This document shows positions 13,619 through 24,600 of a DNA stretch of 64,000 bases, one piece after another. The notes beneath the pieces are model-generated. The model was given only the letters and a program-made list of their open reading frames with translations, made no database searches and was not told the origin of the DNA. The translations under genes and the position numbers were made by a program. The stretch lies in the NCBI GenBank assembly GCA_003427395.1, contig BFEA01000001.1, positions 13,528,967 through 13,592,966 of the forward strand, in the 5' to 3' direction. Every line of letters begins with the position of its first letter. Positions within the stretch are counted from its first letter, which is position 1. The DNA is from Chara braunii. Its lineage: Eukaryota; Plantae; Charophyceae.

Positions 13619-14774
13619 TATTCTCAATGACTTTCCTGGATGTATCCGCCTGCAACTACAAGTTGGGGTGCCTCCGGCCACAATGGCATCCCAAGCTGAG
13701 TCAAAAAATGTTATAGTGTGAGTATGTCCTAAGGCCTTTCCGTCACTTGTTCATCTCTCCGTTGGCCTGCCAGAAATTAAAATTGCACACACGGAAACGA
13801 AACAAAATGCAACAAAAGAAAAAACCTCCCTTGCATCTGTTTCTTGACCCGCTTGAAAAAAAAACTACACACCCATACACACCACGGAAAAACACAAACA
13901 CGTCATCCCTTGCATCCGTTTGTTGGTCTGTTTGAAAAAACAACACACCCAGAAACTAAACAAAACGCAACAAAGAAACACAACCACATCATCTGACATA
14001 CCTTCTTTCACTTCTGTTTCGTCTTTTTCGTGTAGTGGATAAAACCACAGAGATAGCAAGGGTATGATAAATCACGCCGCATCAGGAGTATGTTTTACAT
14101 GAAACGCACAAGTTTGCATTGGACGGGTCCCGCAAGAGCACGAACATAAAAACGTGGCTCCCATCCAGGTGTTCGAGAATTGCCTGAGAGAGCAAGCGAT
14201 GGCCACCCAGATTCACTTGAAGGGCTATATCTGCACGAGAATTGCCACTCCCAGGCTAAAAGGGTAATTTGCAGGCGATAAGCTTCTTATCGCCGGGAAC
14301 CACACACCTTTCATCCACACACCTTTCATCCACACACCTTTCATCCACACACCTTTCATTCATTTTTATTTTCCGTTTTCTTTTTCTGGGGAAGATGAGC
14401 TCAAAAGGTTGCCATAGTTGAAGTATTTTTTTTTCCGCCCCCTCCCGGAGTCCCTGAACTGCTTGCTCTTCTAATACAACAACGCATTTAGTTTTTTTTC
14501 ATTTCACTTTCAACGTCCAAAGCGGCATTTCCTGAGCCAAGCAGACCAACGGCAACATCACATCACCAGCGTTCCACCATGAGACACTTCCGTCGTCACA
14601 ACTCACTCGAACCGGCGAAAGTGTGTTCAAATCTCCTGTCATTTGTGTGCAAATAAAGGATAGTTTTTCTATACGTAAAACAAGAAAAGGTTTAGCGAAA
14701 ACAAAACAAATAAAAATCCACAAAAAAAACAAATTCTTGATTTCTGCATAAGCAAATTCAATAGGTATGCCCTT

Positions 14775-14980
14775 GACCTTCGCAGATCCATATCATGTAC
14801 ACTTTTGACAGATGTAGTGTCCTAAATCTAGGCTAGAAATTCCATACCCTTTACCTTCGCAGATCCATATNGTAGTGTCCTAAATCTAGGCTAGAAATTC
14901 CATACCCTTTACCTTCGCAGATCCATATCATGTACACTTTTGACAGATGTAGTGTCCTAAATCTAGACTAGAAATTCCAC
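14775..14980. repeat. ~75-bp tandem repeat spanning an N (possible assembly gap duplication)
   Basis: ACCTTCGCAGATCCATAT...GTAGTGTCCTAAATCTAG.CTAGAAATTCCA x3, with an N at 14871. Confidence 0.8.
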
Positions 14981-15587
14981 TGTCCTCTATCTCACTCCAG
15001 TGAACCGGTTCTAAAAGCATTCCACCAGTTCAGCTGTGGCTACTTTCACCGCTTCACGCCTAATTCACCGCCTACGTGTGCTCAAAATTCCATAGATAAG
15101 TAACATGACAGTGACATTTATAAGAAAGATTTCTGGAAAGATGGCTAAAAAATCTTTGTCAAACATGGAGGTACACAATATAGCAATCACAGGAAAGAGT
15201 AAATAATATAGCAATCACACGAAAGAGTAAATAATATAGCAATCACAGTCAGGAGCATACATGAAATAGAGAGTAGCTTCTGGAAACATTGGTATTGAAA
15301 GGTCCAAGAAACAGACAGTGCGTCACCACCACAACCTGCTAGGATCTTCTCATCCTTCCTCCACGGAAAAAGAAAATAGATAGCATCACGGATTCACCGC
15401 ATGACAAAATCAGTACTACACATACCTGCATAAGCAATGTTCAATCAGCAGGAAACCACAGAAAAGTACGGCCACTCGCCCTAGCCAGCGACCGCAGAGC
15501 TGTTTGGGGCCCTCAGAAACTTTACGCAACCCATCTCATACAATTTTCCACGTAAAGAGTATGCATTTTTAGAGTATATATATATAT

Positions 15588-16055
15588 CGTCACAAACAGA
15601 ACTGCCCGGTAAACCGTTGGCAGAGAGAGAGAAGAGGACAACAAACGAGGGGCTGTGACAAACTGTTTCGTCGGAGTTTCACCGACTCATCAGGAGGCTG
15701 AACCCTCAACAGTCTGCAGAATCCCCTCACTGATTACACTGTAAATGATAATCTACCCTAACCAAAATCAAAGTAGACTGTCACTCACCCACACCAGATG
15801 GAAAACTCTACAGACTGTCGGTTCACACCCCATCACAAGCCAGCAAAACATCCACGAAACAAAGAAAGGTCTGTCACAGCCAAAAAATACACTCCAGACA
15901 CGCCGCTGGCACTAGAGGCACAGCATGGCCGCCTAGTATATATATCGTCAAATAGAACTGCCTACGGTAAACCGTAGGCAGAGAGGGAGAAGAGGACAAC
16001 AAACGAGGGGCTGTGACAAACTGTTTCGTCGGAGTTTCACCGACTCATCAGGGGG
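15588..16055 (-). mobile_element. Hammerhead-bearing non-autonomous retroelement (retrozyme/Penelope-like), 1.3 tandem units of ~358 nt in (TA)n
   Basis: Direct repeat 15588-15693 vs 15946-16055. (TA)n at both ends and at the internal junction. Intact type III hammerhead; no ORF in the supplied track. Confidence 0.8.
15659..15716 (-). ncRNA. Type III hammerhead ribozyme (intact core)
   Basis: Minus strand: CAGACUG-UU^-GAGG(GUUCAG)CCUC-CUGAUGA-GUCGG(UGAAACU)CCGAC-GAAA-CAGUUUG. All three stems pair. Predicted cleavage is after GUU, between 15708 and 15707. Confidence 0.9.
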
Positions 16056-16969
16056 TATATATATAGTATGCATTTATTGAAATAGTTAATAGTTATTTAA
16101 TAGTTATTTCTTTGCCCGATATCATACAGTTACAATGCTGGCAAGTCTCATCGAGTGTCTCCAACCACTCTGGTCAGACCTCTACGAAGAAATATGGTGG
16201 TAGACATGCTAATTGTACACAATTTCCCAAAGCTAATATATAAGTAAATCTTCTAGATGCTGTGTGATGTTGGGGTTGGGTGGATCCAGCATACCAGCGT
16301 ACTAGGGCACCCTTCTGCTGGTCACATAAGAAAGGAGGAATCGTCTGAAGCATTGCAAAACCAAAATTATCGCCCACTATTGGTCTTGAAGTAGGACCGA
16401 TCTACTGAAGGTGAGAGGGAGGCCCATTAGACAGGTCCAGTCTATTGGTGGGCAGCTTCACCTGCCGGGAAACTGGCCCAGCGTCCCATGTGCAATATTG
16501 GAGGGATTCAGGTTTCAGATCCCCACCCTTCTTCCTAGTTACATGTACCCTTTTGTTGCTTGTGGCTCCCTGCTTTCTTGACCTCCTGATAGCAACTTCC
16601 ATCCTCTCCACCCTGGGTGAGACTTGGGCTGCCTAAGTTAGACCGGGCATGCACAGGCTGCTCAGTTAGAACTTAGTAGGGCCATCGAACCCCGACTCAC
16701 CTACTGGGGATTGTTACTTCTTGCTTGGTGGTCCTGTAGGTTTGTTGATGGGTTTATTCATATTAGCCCTCGATCTCTAACTACAGGGGCATGTTCCTTA
16801 TTACATGATTGTCTTGTTGGTTTGCTGGTGGGCTTATATTTCCATTAGCCCTTGATCTCTTGTCACCAAGAGTTCTACCATATACCAACCCAGCTCAGAT
16901 ATCTCTTCGTCACACTCAAAATTGCTTGGACAATTCCTTCGTCACTCGACATATACCTTGATTGACTCG

Positions 16970-17420
16970 AGGATCAGACATTCAACAAACTACCATCCAA
17001 GGCACCATCATGTTGGCTTATGCAAGTGCACACTGACACACTCCCGAGTATTCACACACGTACATATGAGATGTTGAACAAACTACCAACGTCGGTGGGG
17101 CATCACACTGGCTTCACATATGAGATGCACAAATCAGACAGACGCTCAACAAACTACCATCCAAAGCCACATGACCTGGCCCTGAGTACGCACACCAGTA
17201 CATATGTGACGTTTGACAAACTGCTAACTCAGGTGGCATCGCGTTCGCTTCACACATGAGATGTACATATCAGATGTTCAACAAACTACTGCATGACGTT
17301 GGCTTACGCATGCGCAAGCACATACTCCCAACGTATGCACACAAGTACATACGAGAGGTTAAAAAAACTACCCAACCTTGGCAGCAACACTTTCACTTAC
17401 ACATGCGGTACATACTGAGC
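16970..17420. repeat. Degenerate tandem array of AACAAACTACC modules (alternating two-unit pattern)
   Basis: About six GA.GTT.AACAAACTAC... units, alternately followed by GGCTTA.GCA..GCAC or GCTTCACA.ATGAGATG. Confidence 0.6.
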
Positions 17421-18640
17421 AGTACACAGAATATGCAACTCCCACGACATACAAAGGGTCGAGTACATAAACAAACCAAAAAAAAACAAAATCAAAATAA
17501 ATCCTGTGAAAAAACATGGTAAGGACGGAGAATACCAATAGAGACAACTTCTGCCTCATCAAGAAAATCTAAGCTATATTCGAAAAAAAGAAACGAATAG
17601 AAAAAGACGAAAGGTAAAAAAAACGTGTTCCCATACCTATTTGTGGATACGTGCTGAATATGTGAGTATGTTCACTCCTGTACATACGTGCAGCAAACGT
17701 GAGTATGTGCACTCCTGTACGCATGACCCGCGTACATATATGCCATGTCACCCAGCGACCAAATTTAGTCTTTTCCTTCAGAAATTGAAGTGTCCAAACA
17801 TATTCTGAGACACCAGAAAATGATACAACAATAGATGCGAGTTTTAGGCGACCTCACACCATCCTCCTTCCACAGATTCCTCTCCTCATTGGCCAGATCA
17901 GGAAACCCGACCTGCACATTCGAACACAGACACAGACTGTAAAACCACATCTCCTATCAATACAGGAGTTCCTAAAAAAATGCGCTCAAGATGAAAACTC
18001 GCGGACATCTGCAGCTTGAAAGACAGGCCACAGAGTTTTTTCTTTTTTTCCGGAAGAATATTTGAATCAACTCAAATAAACCTGAACTCAGGACAGATCA
18101 CCTGCTGCTTGGCAGTGAGTCAATCAAAGCCACTCAGACACGACCTCGGTCCACCATCCTGCTCTCTAATCAAACCGTATCTACCCTACCAGAGCGTACA
18201 AAATCCAAGGTTGCAACAATCACAATTAAAATCACTATCACAACAAAAACGTTTCACACGTCAACTGCACTTCCACACGTCCACAAGGCAAACCACCTAC
18301 ATCTTCACCCATCCATCCGGCCACCATGAAAGCCAACTTCTATTCCACTTTATTCCTGCCCAATGTAAGACCCCTCTGTGACAGAGTACCATGCTTCTTC
18401 TTCCATGTCCATGAGATAAACCAACTCTCACCCGCCCGGAATCCCACCAGCTCACTCCCAACTTCTCACAGGAGTTGTTACACAGCCGCTTGGTTCAACA
18501 GGCCATCCCAGTCCACTTTCTCGAGCTGAATCATGCACCCACCAGACAGGATCACCTTACGCTCTATATACCTATCTACCCATCAAAAATGGCCCTCTTA
18601 CCAAGCTTCGACGGGCATCGGATGCTGTACGGTTGCAGGT

Positions 18641-18679
18641 TTATACAACCTCTCCCAAGAAATTTTCTGGCAAAACGAT
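18641..18679 (-). CDS. DRE2: DRE2 probable last coding exon ([12 protein letters not shown])
   Basis: Acceptor TGTGCAG, phase 0. The 12 residues match the length and V/I-x-L-x-x-N-F-L pattern of plant DRE2 C-termini. A GTAAGA donor ~40 nt after the stop suggests a 3' UTR intron. Confidence 0.72.
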   Translation of the reverse strand: MVLPENFLGEVV

Positions 18680-21600
18680 CTGCACATGAGCAAACGATAG
18701 TTTCTCCGGGTGAGCTCATAAACAGCACGATCACAGCTTGATGCCTACAAAAGAACAGTTAAAACAACGATTTTTTCCTTTCCATCTCTTCCACTTTTCC
18801 TTAAAACAGCTTCCACTGCTCAGCTTCACAGGAGGCGGAGCTGCATGACAGGAAACTGTCACACGTGGTTCTGAGGGTACGGGCCCAGTACCAGTTGGTT
18901 TAAGGAACTGTGAGCTGTTATTACCACATTCTAAGTTGATATGCGATGCCACGCCATCGGTGGCACATCGGTGGCAGACCCCTCACTGCAACTTTTAGAT
19001 CCCGTAAACGTGACAAAGCTATTGAAGGCTCGTTGGTTAGACCATCAGTACTTCAATAGGAAAGCGTTTTTTGTTTTTTTTTTGTTTTTGTTTTTAAGTT
19101 TCTCAGTGTTCTCACCCTCAAAAGAGGAAAACCGTCAGATAAAGAGAGCTGGTTAACAGAGGCCTCAATTTTCAGACCACTTGTCAGGCTATTTATAACA
19201 AAACCCAAGCAGATAAAAGTCATAAAACTCCTTCGTGTGACGAGCCCATGGTATTCTTCTTTGGTAAAAGGCAAAAGAATAGCATGCCATATGAGCTGAA
19301 CTCGACTTGTACACAACCGGAATTTTAGGATGAACAGTGCTAACAGACCTCAACATCAGCAGCAGGCCAAAAAATATAAATGCACACATGCTGGCTCGTC
19401 TCTGTCTTTGGAGTGCAGAGAGGAAATTTGCAACAGGAAAAAGAGGCTCGTAGGTACTAGGCTTCGCGTTGTCTACATGCCAGCAGCACTATTCATCCTG
19501 GTCCTTAGAAAACAATGAAAAAAATAAAAAATTCATGCTGGTCTTCGCAAAAGGAACGAAGTTCAAAGAACTCATATTCCGAAGCCTAGCAAGTCTCTCG
19601 TGAGCTTGAGATGCATTCACCACTCATCAACCTCCTTCGTAGAGCTGTGAAGCAGCCTTTGGACATCGCCAGACCTCTCTCGAAATGTGCAAAATGAGAA
19701 TGAACTTCACATTCGAACATAGCCAGATGCACCCGCCACATGTGTCAACTCCACACTTCGAGAGAAGGTGTGGCAACAAACACCCTTTACCCTTGGAAAG
19801 GAGACGGCTCAGGGTCACTGTAACAATGCAAGGGCATTTCATTACTATACAAAACTGTCATTTGCTATGGTGCATCGAACAATTATACAAAATTGTCATT
19901 TGCTACAGCGCATCGAACAATTCAGTGATGTTTTGCTACAGTACAAAAACCATTTCAGAACAACTCACGTTTTCACAGAACCTTCTGCTTGACATGCATT
20001 CAAGCAAGCAAAGGATGCGAGACATGCAAAAACAATATGATATGGTCACATGCTGCACACCAACGTATATACAATACATGCAAGTAGTATTCAAACAAAC
20101 GGAACAGAAGTCCACTGGCAGAGAGGCACACGTAGTTACTGATCAAACGTGAGTGAAAATGATAATGACGCTTCCAATTTCGCTCAGCATAGCGCACAAA
20201 TTCCCATCTCCTCTGCATACTGCAAGAGTTGCAGCCTTTCTGAGTTAGAATCTAGATGACAGAGCAGGCAGATAAGAACACGCGTGTGTGAGGTGTTGTA
20301 TAGGTCAAACAAACCTTCTCGCCAGGCTTGAAGGGAGGTAACCCACGGTAAGGACAGCCGCCACACCTGAACGCATCTCCGAGGCCACACTGCGAGCATG
20401 AAAACGAGACCAGAAAGTACGTCAACCAACAAAACCTGTCATGCGAACTTCAAAACCAGGCAAGAGAGAGGGTATGAACGAGTGTGAAGTACTTAAAACC
20501 ACCATTCCAAAATCCGGCATGGCCAGCGTGGGGACCCACAGATCTGGAGCCATAACTCCAGGAAGATGACATTATACTGTTTGTGAACTTATGTTCTTGC
20601 TCAGAAGAGCATCTGAAGAGTGAAGTTTCCGAACACTATTTCACAACTTCGAAGGTTCATTTATCACCCAAGACACCAGTGCGCTTCAAGAGCTAGCTTA
20701 TTTTGTAAGAGACGGCAAGGTATAAAAGCCCACAGCTATCCATGTGATTTCAGCCAACCCTGTGTCAGATACCACGCTCCTCCCCCATGCCGGCTATGAA
20801 GACCAGGATCGTTTTCCCAGAGCACCCTTCGCCAAACAAAACCAGCAGCTAATTTTTGACAAATGTTAAACCTGCGCTGTTTCCATGTTTCTGCAGAGAG
20901 ACGTCCGCTCACAGGGCCGACGAGCCAATGGAAACGCCATCGAGCACTACTCAAAGGGTTTACGTGTTATCCGTCACTGTGGTTGGAAATCTGACAGTCA
21001 CAAAAGACCAGAACAATACACAAAAGTCTATGCGACCTCAAATATTTGGGAAGCATACACGAGCACAAAGTGTCGGTCCAGGAAAAGCTGGGCAAACATG
21101 CATAATTCCACAGAGTCAGGGGGAGTGAGCTGCATGGTTTTGAACTCCTGATCGGGATAATCAGAGGTCTAAGTGATGGTAGTGGGCCAGTCATGGACTG
21201 GTGGCCATTCCAGCGCGTGGATCCTCGACTCATTGCCCTTGGCCACCAATCCATAAGCTCTACATAAACTCTAGTATGTAGAGTAGATAGAGAGTGAGAA
21301 CCGGAACTGGAAAGCATATACACTCCCGGTATCCACCTCTGTCACAACTCGAGGCAAGTGGAAAGATGAAGAAGAGAACTGAAACACAAACCCCAAGAAA
21401 AGCTGCATGAGGTCACGCAGCTCTCCACCTATATCTCGAAGCCTTCGTTTCGTGTTTTAAACAACTTGAGCACGCGAGGATGACATGCCCAGCATTGGAA
21501 CACAGAGGACAGTGAAGGAGATCAACAGGGTAACTCACATTGCCACAGTTTGACTGTGGGTTCTCCAACATATCCTTTGTGAGAACCGGTTTTACTCCCT

Positions 21601-24600
21601 TTGCTTCTTGCTCAGCTCGTCCGCAAGTACAGTTCTTGCATGCCTTCCGCACACCACCACTCCCGACCTCGCAATCGTCATTAGCAGGAGCTGCACATCC
21701 AGGCAACATCAGATCAGATACTGCGTCACTCTCCTCGTCATTCCACCTCTAATACCCCTCAACATGGCACAAGTCTAACGCCCTTACTCATCAAAAGGCA
21801 GCAGCAATAAAAGCTGAAATTGGTCACACAGTATCAGTTATAGACAACTCAATATTTGCAATCTCAGAGAGGTATATAGTAAAGAAACCAGGCTGAAAGC
21901 ATAGCAGAAAGCGAAGAATACATAGAAAGACAAATAAAAAGTTGCAGAAGGAAGCCTATTGACACAGTACCTATAATTATAAAAATTTATAAGACAAAAA
22001 AAGGAACGAAGCTGCAGAAGGAAGCCGATTGACACAGCTACCTGTAATTATAAAAATTTATAAGACAAAAAAAAATTATAAGACAAAAGAAGGAACGAAG
22101 CTGCTGAAGGAAGCCTATTGACACAGCTACCTATAATTCTAAAAATTTATAAGACAAAAAGGTCACCAAATCAACACCAAAAATGGAGGGGTGTCTCAAC
22201 ATTCTCCACCAGAGTGCCTTGAAGTCCCAAACTGGAACTAGTCAACTAAACATCAAACCCAAAAGCTCAAGCCCAGATCATCATCATATACTCTCAAATG
22301 CCAAACACCCACTGACCACAGCTGAACACACACCATGTACATATCGAAGATAACCATTCCACCACCACTGCACCACTGTCAGAGCTGACAGCCAATGAGG
22401 TCAGAGGTCGACAGACGATGAGCCAGAAAAAAATAGACAACCACAGGTAGTCAAAGAACACAGTGGTGTACATACGATGACTGGACAAAGCATGCCATGA
22501 ACCTCATCAAGCCCTCTACAGAGAGAGTCTTTATCCCTTCCATAGAAGGGCCGAATCTCAATCAGAGGGGAACTCGGTGACATTCACCACTACCATTCAG
22601 AATTCGAGAAAATTGTCGGATAACATCGAAAGTTAAGTTCCGAGTTCGGGAGAGTCGTGAATTAAAATCCTTGGGATTATCCAAAGAATTCTCTTCTAAC
22701 AAAATGGGACTCGGAGATGGCTGCAAGGGCGAAAATAGAGCAAATTGCATGTTCAAGAATCAACTTGATTTGTTCATTCCCAGGCGGTGATCACAGGCCA
22801 TCAGCTCCCGTACAAGTTTTCACCTACAACATCCATGCCAGGGATGGTCACCCAGGTCAGTGGTGGTGACAGCTTGCCCCACAGATTGCCACCCTTTGAT
22901 AACACCAGGCATCCCCACTCCAGAGATCACACGCCCAGGGAGAGTACCAGCTAGCCAGTGACCGCTACCCCAGGGTGGAGCAGGGTGGCCTTTGGTACGA
23001 GGATGGACTGAAACGCGGTTGGGGTGGGACTGAGGGTGGGATGCGAATGGTGAGGTGAGTTGTGGTGTGGTGGAACCACCACTCCAGTGGGGTGGAACAG
23101 CCACGAGGTGAGGTGCAGTGATGACCAACCCCCCTAACACCTGTAACAACTCACCCCTACTGCTGTATGTGCATGCTACAAGAAGTAGGCTAGGAATGCA
23201 AGTGACCGTGAGGTTCTGGCGTGAGGTTGTCTTGTTCTGGCATTCCGTCCATTTACATGAGTGAAAAAAACAATGGTGGAAATGCTCTAGCATGTTTTCA
23301 GTGCTACGCAGGTGGCTGATCGGATATACTGGTGGTTTAAGCACAAAGAACCAAGCACACAGATCTTTTTCGAAGTGTCCTCGGAACTGAACTCACATTG
23401 AGACTCCTACTCTTTAGTGACAAAGGCAACATACAGAGTATATGCATGAATATGTGTGTTCGTGCTTTTTCGTCTTTTTCTTTTTTTTTTTCCAGGCCAG
23501 AGCAAAAGCCCACGACACCCCAGGACAAGCTCAGTTAAATCCAGCGGACGATTGAAGTGCATAGCTAAGCAACCAACAAAAATGTGTTAACAGAACTTAA
23601 ACATCCTTCATGACAACAACACTGGTGGAGCTATTACCCCTGCGCATGGATGCTCTTCGAGTATGTCATTCCAGCCAAAAAACACCCCTCCTCTCTGGTC
23701 AGGACAAAAATTTAGCTCGAGGCTTGAGATTCACACATGCTGGAGTGGTTGCAGCTCATAGATCTTCCATACCTTCAATGGAGGGCTGATCTGCTTCGTC
23801 ATCGTCCAGGAGCTCATCTTCATCAATCAGTTCATCATCGTTGTTTTGCATTGAGATCTGGACAACAGATGACCCTCCTTTATGGGATCCATTCACTCCA
23901 TTGGTACTAGGAGCAAGTTCGCTTAAATCATCAACACTGAGCTTCACCGGGCCAGCCACAGTGCCCTTCACTGGTCTTCGCAAAGAAAATGATGTCCCAG
24001 TTTCCCATTGGGGTTTGCGAGCCTTAACCTGCTTGAACAAAACACACGCGTTCAGGGTCCAGTCTCACATACTACTGCTCAAGTCTCAGAGGCCTTCAAC
24101 TGGAAGTACTTACGCAAGCCATGGCATAAGTCAGTCTGCCAAAAACGCCCACATGGTCCAGTCTCACAGACTACTGCTCAAGTCCAGGGCCACATGATTC
24201 ATAAGAAGTCGACCAAACACCCATTCTAAGGCATAACAGGCCAAGAGACCAATTTTGACCGGGCAATTGCGACGCACATGTCAAACACAATCAACGAGTC
24301 CGCAACTTCAAAACAGTGACCAAAGGGAAAAGGGGGGCTCAGAAGAAGCGAGGTTTCAACAGAGGATACAATGCAGCACTGACCGATGCTTGGGCTGAAC
24401 CAGCAGTGTCAACCACTCATAACGAGAAGCTATCTTTCACAACGGAAGCACATTTTACTGTTGTGCAAAGCTTTACCAAAGCTCGCATATAACGGCATTC
24501 TGCAATGAGCCGCACAGGTCACTGCCTGAGATCCCTGCAGTTTCCAAGACAACGCTGTTCTTTTTGTCTGTTTTCTGAGAAATCGGTGTCCAAGTCTGTC

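Noticed and set aside
12454-14037. Possible CACTA element (CACTACAAAAAC ... TTTTCGTGTAGTG)
   Set aside because: The TIR match is short and the 3-bp flanks differ (CAT vs GAT).
22562-22760. Organellar DNA fragment in DRE2 intron 4
   Set aside because: Composition is suggestive only; no recognisable gene without a database search.
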